A DNA stretch of 59,992 nt, the filler included. It is 9 parts of 9 records of this genome, joined end to end, with 100 filler letters (N's around TTAATTAATTAA, not from the genome) between each part and the next. Parts side by side here need not be neighbours in the genome. Positions count along the whole stretch, not along the records: positions 1 to 9,527 come from SRR31147125_82557; 8 more parts are not named here. One strand, written 5' to 3'. Shown here one piece after another: positions 1-9,105 of this stretch (positions within the stretch are counted from its first letter, which is position 1; each line of letters begins with the position of its first letter). The notes below the pieces were generated by a model. The model was not told where the DNA came from. It saw only the letters and a program-made list of their open reading frames with translations, and ran no database searches. Made by a program: the position numbers and the translations under genes.

Positions 1-1
1 A

Positions 2-2410
2 ACCGTCTCGTTTCCATTGATAACTTAAAGTCCCTGTGTTATTGTCTTCAGTAACATTTGCAGATAATACTTCACCATATTTTAATGAACCTGTAATATT
101 TACATTGCCTGTTAGCGGACTTATCCATTTTGCATATAGCACAACATTTGTATCCGTTCCTATGGCTATATTTTCAATTTTATTCTGTTGTGCATCGTAC
201 CATCCTTTAAAAATATGGTCGTCTTTAGTTGCTTCGAAGAAACTTGTTACACCATCATTGTGTATGAAGTAAGTAGGATTATCGGTTGAGTTTTCTCCTC
301 CGTCTAATTCATAAGTAATTGTGCCGAACTCCTTAGGTATATTATAAGATCGGTCAGTTGTTCTGGAAATTATTTCGCCACAATTATAAGAATCGCCAGT
401 GTTACTTATCCAGCCAAGTGAGCTGAGTTCAGGATGAGTAGGGAAGACAATGTCACCATTTTCAGTAGTAGCATAATAGAAACAACGTCGACCTAAACTC
501 AATAAACTATTAGGTAAAGTAATTGATTTAAATTTACAATATGAAAATGCATAATCTTCCATGTGTATAATGCCTTCCAGAATAGAATCAATATCGACAT
601 CAACCTGTATTTTACCAAACGACACAAGCGTGTCTCTACACTCTTCTCCATTGGCATTGCGGGCATAAAAAACACCGTTAAAGCTTTTATTATTTAGTGT
701 GTCTATTTGGTTTCTTGTAAAAGCAGCACAACCTATATAGATAAGGTTATCTTCAGGTAAGCTCATCTTTTCAATATCATTCCGGTAAAAAGCGAAATCA
801 CCTATTTTACGAATTGATTCAGGGAAGTTTAGCGCAGTCAGCCTATTGTCATTGAATGCATGATGTCCTATTTCTTCAATAGATTCTGATAGTGTTAAGG
901 ATTTAATTTGGGAACCATAAAAACTGCGTTCTCCTATGCTTATTACATTATTTGGAATAATTAAAGTATCGATTGGGCAATTGTAAAATGCATACGAACC
1001 AATTTTCATCACTTGTTCGGGCATAAAATCCACCTTGGTGTCGTTACCACCATACGATAGTACTACAGTAGAATCAGTTGTGCCGTCTGTATTACGTTTA
1101 AATATTAAACCGTTACTGGTTTTTTCGTTAACTTCTTTAATTTTATTAATGTTAAATACTCCTTCTCCCAAAAATGTAACACTGGTCGGTATTGTTAAAG
1201 TATCTATTTCATTTTCACTGAAAGCATAAACATCTATATGCTCAAGGTTTTCGGGTAATTCCAGTTTCGATATTTTATTGTCATAAAATGCTCTTTCACC
1301 TATTTTTATTAGTGATGTAGGCAATTCAATTTCCTCTAAATTATTTTGATAAAATGTATAGTCGTTTATTGTAGTTATCCCCTCAGGTATTTTCACTGCT
1401 TCAAAATTATTATTTCGAAATGCAGAATTTCCAATGTAGGTAACACTTTCAGGTATTTCAACTGTTTTTAAATAGTTACTTGCGAAGGAATAAGATTTAA
1501 TCTCGGTTAAGGTGTTCGGAAACACGATGGTTCCAAGGCCTTTGCCATAAAAAGTATTAGACTCAACAATTTTCACCTCTACATCTTGTCCGTCTACATT
1601 AAAAGAGGAAGGAATAATAATGTCATCCTGCTCGTTGTTTGTGAAATTGGATATGGCTCCATTTGTTGCATCAAATTCAATATCGTTTAAGGTTAACACG
1701 TAGGGATTATACCATTTGGCAGTGTAAGAATCTAAGTAATTTGTTATTTCAGCTCCTCCTTCAAATTCATCTGTCCCGTAATTAGAAAACCATCTGTAGT
1801 CGATTAATCCAGGAGGATTAGGCAATGTTATAGATGGTAAATTGTCGTTGTAATAAAATGCAGCATAACCTATTTGTTCAACGCTTTGTGAAAGTGTAAC
1901 ACTGGTAAGCTTGTTGCTATAGAAAGCATAACTTCCAATTTCTTTTACTCCGTTTGGAATCTCAAGCGTAGTTAAAAGGTTGAATCTGAAAGTTCTGAAT
2001 TCAATAATAGGAAGATTCTCTGAAATGGTCAAATTGGTTAATTTATTGTTGTAGAATGCTTCTTGCCCCAATTTAACCACAGAATTTGGGATTACTAAAG
2101 ACGATATCAGATTGTTCTTAAATGCTCCGTTCAAAATGGTGTCAACTGAATTGGGAATAACAACAGCAGTTAAGTTTTTATCCGCGAATGCATTTTCACC
2201 AATTTGTTTTACATCATAGGTGATACCCCCTATAGTAATTGAGGAGGGTATTATTATATCCTTCTCTGTACTATTATTATAGGCTGTAATTGTGTTTGTG
2301 GCGGTGTTAAAAGTAATATCGCCCGATTGAATAACATAAGCTGCCTTTGCACCGACTGTAGTGCCTAAAAGCAAGGTAAATAATACCAATAAATGTAAAG
2401 TTTTGTTCAT
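2..2410 (-). CDS. BspA/TpLRR-type leucine-rich repeat surface protein with InlB B-repeat and Ig-like domain (3' partial, runs off window)
   Basis: Not in the ORF track because no stop lies inside the window. Manual translation from ATG 2410 gives signal peptide MNKTLHLLVLFTLLLGTTVGAKA, many IPNSVxxIGxxAF repeats, TITYELDGGENSTDNP...FKGWY...VVLYAKW (InlB B-repeat-like) and LTGNVNITGSLKYGEVLSA...YQWKRDG. The frame matches at several spot-checked positions. Confidence 0.9.
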   Translation of the reverse strand, partial: MNKTLHLLVLFTLLLGTTVGAKAAYVIQSGDITFNTATNTITAYNNSTEKDIIIPSSITIGGITYDVKQIGENAFADKNLTAVVIPNSVDTILNGAFKNNLISSLVIPNSVVKLGQEAFYNNKLTNLTISENLPIIEFRTFRFNLLTTLEIPNGVKEIGSYAFYSNKLTSVTLSQSVEQIGYAAFYYNDNLPSITLPNPPGLIDYRWFSNYGTDEFEGGAEITNYLDSYTAKWYNPYVLTLNDIEFDATNGAISNFTNNEQDDIIIPSSFNVDGQDVEVKIVESNTFYGKGLGTIVFPNTLTEIKSYSFASNYLKTVEIPESVTYIGNSAFRNNNFEAVKIPEGITTINDYTFYQNNLEEIELPTSLIKIGERAFYDNKISKLELPENLEHIDVYAFSENEIDTLTIPTSVTFLGEGVFNINKIKEVNEKTSNGLIFKRNTDGTTDSTVVLSYGGNDTKVDFMPEQVMKIGSYAFYNCPIDTLIIPNNVISIGERSFYGSQIKSLTLSESIEEIGHHAFNDNRLTALNFPESIRKIGDFAFYRNDIEKMSLPEDNLIYIGCAAFTRNQIDTLNNKSFNGVFYARNANGEECRDTLVSFGKIQVDVDIDSILEGIIHMEDYAFSYCKFKSITLPNSLLSLGRRCFYYATTENGDIVFPTHPELSSLGWISNTGDSYNCGEIISRTTDRSYNIPKEFGTITYELDGGENSTDNPTYFIHNDGVTSFFEATKDDHIFKGWYDAQQNKIENIAIGTDTNVVLYAKWISPLTGNVNITGSLKYGEVLSANVTEDNNTGTLSYQWKRDG

Positions 2411-2564
2411 CTTTTAATTGTTTAAATTTATTAATTTGACATGGCTATCGCTTATAGAGCAAGAAAAGCCATATTAAAAAGCATGTTTGAATATTTATTA
2501 TGTATTGATATTTAATAAGGTAGGGCTAAGACCCCCGTTTTATAAAAATTAGGAGTCACAAGGA

Positions 2565-2921
2565 TTAACCATCCCAGATATAATGATGCGGCACAGGCTG
2601 TGAAAAATGTTTTCTAACAGGAAAAATCTTTTCTAGTCTAACGCGATCGTGATCGAGGATATAGTGGATGGTGCCAATGCGATCTATAGTTTCTGAAAGC
2701 ACATTGAAACCTGATATTAACATAAGCACTAGCGTAGTTCCGCTTATTATATGAGTGTTTTGAGCAAAGGTTCCTTTAAACTTCTCAGTTTCTTTTAAGA
2801 AAAATGGTGTGTCAAAATCTTCATTTATAAAGTACTTGTAAATCTCACAGACTTTGTTATAAAGTAGCAACTTATTAAAGGTATTTGCTGTAGTTATTGA
2901 AATCCTTATTTTATTACTCAT
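2565..2921 (-). CDS. hypothetical protein (uncertain)
   Basis: 118-aa ORF co-oriented with its neighbours; no recognisable motif. Confidence 0.35.
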   Translation of the reverse strand: MSNKIRISITTANTFNKLLLYNKVCEIYKYFINEDFDTPFFLKETEKFKGTFAQNTHIISGTTLVLMLISGFNVLSETIDRIGTIHYILDHDRVRLEKIFPVRKHFSQPVPHHYIWDG

Positions 2922-3035
2922 TTCAGATTTATCTTATCTCATTAACTATGGTTGTTCATATAAAAAATCACTTTGCAAAAATGTCTATGTAATTATTATT
3001 ACACAATTGACATTTAAAACAATCTTTAGCACAAA

Positions 3036-3953
3036 TCAAACATTTGGTTTTCTGTATTCAACAGGTGTACAGCCAACCACGGATTTAAACTTTCGACTAA
3101 AGTAGTTCGAGTCGCTAAAACCAAGTTCGAAAGCAATTTGTTTTATGGATATTTTTGTGTTGACTAACAGGTATTTAGATTCGTAATAAATACGATTCTG
3201 CAAATATGCTTTCGCGGATAGCTCTGTATGTTGTTTAACAATTCTGTTTAAATGATTGGGGTGGATGGTCAACAGGTCGGCATAATTCTGAATTTCTTTC
3301 TCTGTTCTAAAATTAGCCTCAACCATAGCAGAAAAGCGATCAAAAAGTTCATCTTGCTCGTCTTGATTGTTGATTGAGGTAATATAAAGCCTTGACGTTT
3401 GCATTACTAACTCGGCTATTTTTAAGATAAATAGCTTCTTGTCCATATTTTCTTTACAATCTTTTAGTGAAAAAATATCGATAAAAAGATTCACGAAAGT
3501 TTTAAGTGAGGTCTTTCCTATACTTCGGTATGGTTTCATTGAAAGTTTAAACAACTGATTAAGTTGAAGAAAAGAATAAGGGAATCGCATCTCTTCAAAT
3601 AAATCTTCAGAAAATGAAATCATATATCCATCGCAATCTTTCGAAAAAGTGTTTGTATGAATTACGTTTTTGGGGATAATAATAATAGTCATTGGCTTTA
3701 GATTGAAAGAAAAGTTCCCAATGGTAATATGTCCTGTCCCTTTTGTAATTAGACAAATAACAAAGTGAGCCAATCTGCTGGGAGGCATTATCCCTTTAAA
3801 TTCTATAACAAAATCACGGACATGTAAAAATTGAAAGTTAAAGTCTACTTTTGCTTTTTCAGTAAAATCAACAATTTTTTCATTGCCATCTTCAGATAAT
3901 GCCTTGCTGTATTTTTTCACTATCCCGTTTTGAGCTACTTTTATTTTTTTCAT
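3036..3953 (-). CDS. AraC-family transcriptional regulator (cupin N-terminus)
   Basis: C-terminal SIKQIAFELGFSDSNYFSRKFK...TPVEYR HTH; N-terminal cupin-like ITKGTGHITI. Confidence 0.92.
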   Translation of the reverse strand: MKKIKVAQNGIVKKYSKALSEDGNEKIVDFTEKAKVDFNFQFLHVRDFVIEFKGIMPPSRLAHFVICLITKGTGHITIGNFSFNLKPMTIIIIPKNVIHTNTFSKDCDGYMISFSEDLFEEMRFPYSFLQLNQLFKLSMKPYRSIGKTSLKTFVNLFIDIFSLKDCKENMDKKLFILKIAELVMQTSRLYITSINNQDEQDELFDRFSAMVEANFRTEKEIQNYADLLTIHPNHLNRIVKQHTELSAKAYLQNRIYYESKYLLVNTKISIKQIAFELGFSDSNYFSRKFKSVVGCTPVEYRKPNV

Positions 3954-4555
3954 TATAAAGAATTCTTATGCTTAGGAATGAATCTATTTGTCCGCTTCAT
4001 ATAATCTAAGTATGATTGTCCGTACCTGATCTTTAGATCTTTTTCTTCCACAAAAACAATGGCGTAATTTATTGGAATCCAGAGAAGGGCAATTATTAAA
4101 AGAAATGTTGAATTGAACAGGAAGGCAAATGCAAACCAGTAGCTCACATCTGCAATGGCTTGTGGATGACGGATGCGATCGTAAATCCCACCAAACATTT
4201 CGTTTTTCTTTTTTGGGGCAAAACTGTCCGGAGCGACCTTCGAAACTCTTTTGATAATGATGGTAGCAAATACAGTACAAAACACGCCAATGGCAATGCT
4301 GATAATCCAACCCGGAATTCCTGGTAATAATCTTGTGGGGAATTTTGCTTCGAGTGGAAAGAAAAAGTATAACACTTCGAGAAGCATAGCAGCGCCCATT
4401 CCTATAAATGAAATTCTGCGTAACATGGCACATTTTTTATAGGCTTTTTCACCTATTTTAATTTCAAGTTGAGCCGGGCGTACACTTAACATGTAAAATA
4501 CGGTGTACCATAGCATACTTGCAAAAATTCCGTAAACAATACTTTTTTCAATCAT
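3953..4555 (-). CDS. Isoprenylcysteine carboxyl methyltransferase / PEMT-family membrane protein
   Basis: Hydrophobic helices plus GIYDRIRHPQ and EEKDLKIRYGQSYLDYMKRTNRFIP motifs. Confidence 0.85.
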   Translation of the reverse strand: MIEKSIVYGIFASMLWYTVFYMLSVRPAQLEIKIGEKAYKKCAMLRRISFIGMGAAMLLEVLYFFFPLEAKFPTRLLPGIPGWIISIAIGVFCTVFATIIIKRVSKVAPDSFAPKKKNEMFGGIYDRIRHPQAIADVSYWFAFAFLFNSTFLLIIALLWIPINYAIVFVEEKDLKIRYGQSYLDYMKRTNRFIPKHKNSL

Positions 4556-4560
4556 GACTT

Positions 4561-4956
4561 TTAATTTTTAGTTGTTGTATAATTCCCTGTTAGTATTAAG
4601 ACTATTAGAATACTGCATATTAAAAAATCGAATACGCTAATGGGTAGCATAAATGGCATAAGGATAAATGTTACACCTATGCTACTTAACGCCATTGGGA
4701 TTTTCCATGATGTACCGGTTAGAAGTCCCACAGCGGAAAAAATCCTTAGTAAGGTTATGCCTGAAAACAAAGGAATAAGATAGCCCGGGTGGGATGCAAA
4801 CAGTAGGTTCATGGGGATATAATACATCTCGGGATATTGATTTTCACATCTCCCGAGTGTCATCAGAATTGCCGTTACGCAATCGACAATTTCAATTAAC
4901 GAATACAATACAAAAATGTATCCTGCAATTGTAAGTAATATGTTTTTCTGTGTCAT
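4561..4956 (-). CDS. hypothetical membrane protein (about 4 TM)
   Basis: 131-aa hydrophobic ORF ending 5 bp upstream of the next gene. Confidence 0.7.
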   Translation of the reverse strand: MTQKNILLTIAGYIFVLYSLIEIVDCVTAILMTLGRCENQYPEMYYIPMNLLFASHPGYLIPLFSGITLLRIFSAVGLLTGTSWKIPMALSSIGVTFILMPFMLPISVFDFLICSILIVLILTGNYTTTKN

Positions 4957-5010
4957 TTTCGATTTGAATTATTTTCGAAAGCAAAAATGAACAATAGGTC
5001 AATACTGATC

Positions 5011-5099
5011 GTCTCAATAAAATCAGGGGAGGAATATTCAGCGTCTCAAGAAACTATTAACACCTAACAATCTGTATTTTACACTCATTTTATTGAGAC
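5011..5099. promoter_or_regulatory. 13-bp perfect inverted repeat GTCTCAATAAAAT/ATTTTATTGAGAC plus an extra CGTCTCAA copy; candidate operator
   Basis: Arms at 5011-5023 and 5087-5099, third motif at 5042-5049; lies between a membrane-anchored AraC gene and the downstream operon. Confidence 0.5.
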
Positions 5100-5104
5100 A
5101 GTTG

Positions 5105-6211
5105 TTAGCCTGATATCCTTTTATGAAGCACATATTCCGTTGGGGTAAATTCTGTGATTTGTTTAAAAATGCGGTTAAAAGATGCTTTTGAATTAAACCC
5201 GCTATCGAGGGCAATGGCCAAAACTGTGAATTTATCGCTATCGGTTTCGAGACGCTTCTTAACTTCCCGTACACGATACCTGTTTACAAATTCATAAAAA
5301 TTCATGCTCATTTCGTGATTTAGCAGGTTGGATAGCTCTCGTGTTGGAATATTCACCGCTTTGGATAAATCATATAAGGTTAGTTCGGGGTTAAGAAAGG
5401 GTTTTTCGGTTTCCATATAACCCTGCAACAGATTTTGGGGTGTTGTTTGGGGCTTCTCTTTCGGTGTCTTTGGTTTATTTGAAAGGTTATAATTAGCTTC
5501 CAACTGGGGATGAAAAATACGACCTTGTTTGTAACCCCAATAACCAATGTAAAAAACTAATAGCACCAATACTGCATACATAATATAATCGGTGTTGGCC
5601 ACAGATAATTTTCCTGTAACCATAAAAACTACCGCCAGCAAATTGACTACAAACAATCCCACGAATCCCCATACAATGCGTTGCACCCAAACCAAATCGA
5701 TTTTTTCCTGGTAAGAAAATATATTTTTAATTTTTGCTTTATGGGTTTGGATTATCAGAAAGGTTTTAGACAGATAAAGTACTATTATAAATAAAACAAG
5801 TGTTGCTATAAATATTTTCAGCCACAGGAATCCTGACACTTCGTAAGAAAATTTGTAGAGCTGTTGCTTATGTATTTTAAAAAACAAGCCGGTTGCAAAA
5901 GCAATCATTACAATAAACACTACAAAAAACAAGTATTTTCTTTTGAAAGGTAATCTTGGTGTAGTTAATGCCTTTGCGTAAATAAACAGAATGGGGAAGT
6001 GGGTGATAAATGAAACGGATGCAATACCAAACCAGAAATATTCGCCCGGCACACATTTCCATGTCCCTAACAAGACAAACAAGAAATTTAGCCCAAATAT
6101 CAACATCCAACAAGATAAAATCTTATCCGGTAGTTGCTTCCCTTTCTTTGTAAACAAGATAAGGGCAAAAACAAAGGCGGTAAAACTACCTATTGATAAA
6201 ATGATTTCCAT
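5105..6211 (-). CDS. Membrane-anchored AraC-family regulator (multi-TM sensor plus HTH)
   Basis: About 7 TM segments, then KPFLNPELTL...NFYEFVNRYRV...IALDSGFNSKASFNRIFK. Confidence 0.92.
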   Translation of the reverse strand: MEIILSIGSFTAFVFALILFTKKGKQLPDKILSCWMLIFGLNFLFVLLGTWKCVPGEYFWFGIASVSFITHFPILFIYAKALTTPRLPFKRKYLFFVVFIVMIAFATGLFFKIHKQQLYKFSYEVSGFLWLKIFIATLVLFIIVLYLSKTFLIIQTHKAKIKNIFSYQEKIDLVWVQRIVWGFVGLFVVNLLAVVFMVTGKLSVANTDYIMYAVLVLLVFYIGYWGYKQGRIFHPQLEANYNLSNKPKTPKEKPQTTPQNLLQGYMETEKPFLNPELTLYDLSKAVNIPTRELSNLLNHEMSMNFYEFVNRYRVREVKKRLETDSDKFTVLAIALDSGFNSKASFNRIFKQITEFTPTEYVLHKRISG

Positions 6212-6591
6212 ATTCTTACTACAGTAACTTTATAAGACAAAAAAAGCACATAATTACCAAAACTACAAAAGCGTTAAAAAGTAAGATATTTTTTCTTTTG
6301 CTTTAAAAATATTCTTCAGCAACTGCAAACAAATTGCCAATCGTGCGATATCAGGAAAAACAACTCTTTTGCAAGTTTTGGTCGCGGGGTGGCGCGTGCG
6401 ATATGCAAATGTGCTGTTTTGTGCAGTGGGGATTCTGTGACTTTGTGTGGGAGGAGAAAAAACAATTTAAATTCTCATCTAATTGCACCACCCCATCAAC
6501 GGAGCACAGATCCAGTCAATCCTTTTATTGTAATTATTTCAATTTTCTTATATCGTATCAATGTGTCGAGTTGGTGGTTCTAAACACTTGC

Positions 6592-6716
6592 TTACAACGA
6601 ATGGGTATAAAATGCGTGCCGCTTTTACCACATCCGTTCCTTGCACCAAGCTATTAAATTTTCATGTATTTTACAAAAAGCTCTGGCGGCATGAAATTTA
6701 TACCGTGTTGGCGGTA
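6592..6716 (-). mobile_element. attC-like recombination hairpin (integron-cassette type)
   Basis: Minus strand reads TACCGCCAAC-AC-GGTATAAATTTCATGCCGC...GCGGCACGCATTTTATACC-CATTC-GTTGTAA; inner arms 6604-6622 and 6686-6704 pair at 16/19; lies just downstream of the AraC stop. Confidence 0.7.
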
Positions 6717-6781
6717 TGTGGCTTTCTGTTGTCCGCTATCCGCTGTGTTTGGTCGTGTGTCTGCTTGTGTGGTTGGCTTTG

Positions 6782-7693
6782 TCAGTTAAATGATTGTCTA
6801 TACTTCAAAGGCGACATTTCGGTTTTCTTTTTGAAAAGTCGGTTGAATGATTGCGGTTGCTCAAAACCTAATTGATAGGCAATTTCATTTACGGATAAAT
6901 TTGTCGTTAAAAGTTTTTCTTTTGCTTTTTCAATCAGTTTTTCGTGAATGTGTAGTTGGGTATTTTGTCCTGTTAGCGAACGCAACATGTCGCTTAGATA
7001 ATTTGCGGAATAATTGAGCTTACTGGCTACATATTCAACTGTTGGCAATCCGTTTTTAAGTGATTCTGCGCTATCAAAATAATCTTTTAGCAAGTACTCC
7101 ATCCTGGAAAGCAAATCATTGTTTACAGCTTTTCGGGTAATGAATTGGCGTTCGTAAAAACGATTGCAATAATTCAATAGTAAATCAATTTGCGACAGGA
7201 TAATGTCTTGTGTGTGCTTGTCTATATGCTGATATTCCTTTTCTATTTTTTGAAAAATCTCAACAACATTTTGCTCTTCCTGCTCAGAAAGGTGCAACGC
7301 TTCATTTAAGGAATATGAAAAGAAGCCGTAATCTTTGATTGTGCTCTGAAGTTGGTGTTTTTGAAGAAAATCAGAATGAAAAATCAATACATACCCTGTC
7401 CCAATCGTTTCGTTAAAAACATTGGTTTCGGCTACTTCAACAGATTGAATTTGTTTGGGTGCAATAAACGTCATTGTCCCTTTGTCAAAATCATAATACT
7501 GTTGCCCGTATTTTACTTTGGATTGAATGTTGTTTTTTAACGATATGGTATAAAAATCGGTAGAAAAGCGTTGCCACAAGTCAGAATTTACAGCATGTAT
7601 TTCAGAAACCATCACCACACCTACCAACGGATGTAAGGGCGGTGAAATGGATAATAAGCGATGAAATTCGGATAAAGACTTAATTGTTCGCAT
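6782..7693 (-). CDS. AraC-family transcriptional regulator (Bacteroidota type)
   Basis: KYGQQYYDFDKG, YSLNEALHLS and SVNEIAYQLGFEQPQSFNRLFK motifs; likely start MRTIKS at 7693. Confidence 0.93.
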   Translation of the reverse strand: MRTIKSLSEFHRLLSISPPLHPLVGVVMVSEIHAVNSDLWQRFSTDFYTISLKNNIQSKVKYGQQYYDFDKGTMTFIAPKQIQSVEVAETNVFNETIGTGYVLIFHSDFLQKHQLQSTIKDYGFFSYSLNEALHLSEQEEQNVVEIFQKIEKEYQHIDKHTQDIILSQIDLLLNYCNRFYERQFITRKAVNNDLLSRMEYLLKDYFDSAESLKNGLPTVEYVASKLNYSANYLSDMLRSLTGQNTQLHIHEKLIEKAKEKLLTTNLSVNEIAYQLGFEQPQSFNRLFKKKTEMSPLKYRQSFN

Positions 7694-8039
7694 ATCTATA
7701 TAAAAATCCAAAGAAGATTAAAGCAACAATTTCTATAGTTAACCAAAGTAATTGTTTTGGAAAATAACCGTCTAAAACAAACCCGAATAAACGGGCTATA
7801 ACAATCCCCAAAGTTAGAAAAAACAATACAGCACACACCAATAGTTTCAAATTGTCCCATTGATTGTAAAAAGTGAGCAAAATGCCCAACCCAATTAAAA
7901 AACCCCATATGACCCGCATTTCAATCCTCTGATATGGATCTTCGGGCATAGGGATTTTGCTAACCAGGTTTGGTTTGTATGTGAGAATACATCCTACCGC
8001 AAGCAATACTGCTCCTATTATTTTCAATACCAAATTCAT
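7680..8039 (-). CDS. small membrane protein (DUF4345-like)
   Basis: 4 hydrophobic segments with ARLFGFVLDG; overlaps both neighbours. Confidence 0.65.
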   Translation of the reverse strand: MNLVLKIIGAVLLAVGCILTYKPNLVSKIPMPEDPYQRIEMRVIWGFLIGLGILLTFYNQWDNLKLLVCAVLFFLTLGIVIARLFGFVLDGYFPKQLLWLTIEIVALIFFGFLYRYANN

Positions 8040-8953
8040 TAACTCAGAGAAAGATTTTCCTGAAAGAATGGCACCAAATTATGCAACGCTTCTGCTGTTG
8101 CTTCGGGTTTGTCGTATAAATCATAATGTCCTGCGCCATTTACAATATGGATTTTCTTGTTTTTGGAAACGGCTTTTTTGTGCAAATCGAAACCATCTCT
8201 GTATGAACCAAAAGAACCAACTTTGTCCCCTACAATAATTAATAAAGGTTGTGCAAGCAAAACTTCGGCAAGATGAAAAGCATCAAACACTATTAAGTTT
8301 GCCATACTTGACAAAAGCAATTTATTGTTTGAAGTAGGATATTCGCCTCTTGGCGTTCTGTAATAATCGATAGCCTCCAACATATCCATGTCGCTTAATC
8401 CAGCTTGTTTTGCTTCTTCGGCTGACTTTGGTGTCCAATTGGTAATAATCTGTTCTGCTCCGTTGGCTTCTGCGGTTCGTTGAGAAGAAACAGCTTCTAA
8501 TGTTTCTAAAAAATTAGATTCTCTAAATGCTCTTCCTATGTTTACTCCCGAAACTGTAGCCACTGCTTTTATGCGTCTTTCTTTCAAAGCTGCATTTACA
8601 GCATAGCCACCACCTGCACAAATGCCTAATAAACCAATGCAGTTTTTATCTACAAAATTTAATGTACTAAGATAATCTACAGCATAGCGAATGTCTTCTA
8701 CTCGATGGGCAGGATCTTCCCAATATCTTGGTTCACCACCGCTTTCGCCTTGAAAAGAAGTGTCATAGGCCAAAGCAATGAGCCCTTTTTTAGCGAGGTT
8801 TTCTGCATATAAACCGGCAGTTTGTTCTTTTACGCTTCCTCCTGGGTGAACACAGACAATTGCCTGGTATTTTTTTGTTTCATCAAAATTATCGGGCAAA
8901 TGAAGATGGGCTGCTGTGTCCCAATTTCTGTTTTTGAATTTTACTTTTTGCAT
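8039..8953 (-). CDS. alpha/beta hydrolase (YcjY/dienelactone hydrolase-like)
   Basis: HPGGSVKEQTAGLYA, GICAGGGY nucleophile elbow (Cys), GAGHYDLYD. Confidence 0.9.
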   Translation of the reverse strand: MQKVKFKNRNWDTAAHLHLPDNFDETKKYQAIVCVHPGGSVKEQTAGLYAENLAKKGLIALAYDTSFQGESGGEPRYWEDPAHRVEDIRYAVDYLSTLNFVDKNCIGLLGICAGGGYAVNAALKERRIKAVATVSGVNIGRAFRESNFLETLEAVSSQRTAEANGAEQIITNWTPKSAEEAKQAGLSDMDMLEAIDYYRTPRGEYPTSNNKLLLSSMANLIVFDAFHLAEVLLAQPLLIIVGDKVGSFGSYRDGFDLHKKAVSKNKKIHIVNGAGHYDLYDKPEATAEALHNLVPFFQENLSLS

Positions 8954-9013
8954 TGTTTTATTCTTTTAAGTTTTACAATGCAAAATTCGTCTTCCTTTAA
9001 AAAGTAAATGTTT

Positions 9014-9041
9014 CCAAATCAAGGTTGTTTGTAACCAAATC
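9014..9041. promoter_or_regulatory. CCAAATC direct repeat, 21-bp period; candidate AraC binding site
   Basis: Copies at 9014-9020 and 9035-9041, upstream of the hydrolase-AraC operon. Confidence 0.45.
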
Positions 9042-9095
9042 GGGGTTGAAATGTCGGGTTATGTATCTCGTGTCGTTTGGTTGGGTATCCGCCAT

Positions 9096-9105
9096 TACCG
9101 CCAAC
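9096..9105 (-). mobile_element. Cassette 5' core site GTTGGCGGTA
   Basis: Forms an exact 10-bp inverted repeat with 6707-6716, the inverse core of the attC-like site. Confidence 0.65.

Noticed and set aside
36-1229. Short plus-strand ORFs 36-272 and 1035-1229
   Set aside because: Antisense to the long BspA-like gene.
6334-6875. Cys-rich plus-strand ORFs (107, 64 and 104 aa) that might suggest small metal-binding peptides
   Set aside because: They span the attC-like hairpin and TG-rich cassette tail; the Cys content reflects TGT-rich non-coding DNA.
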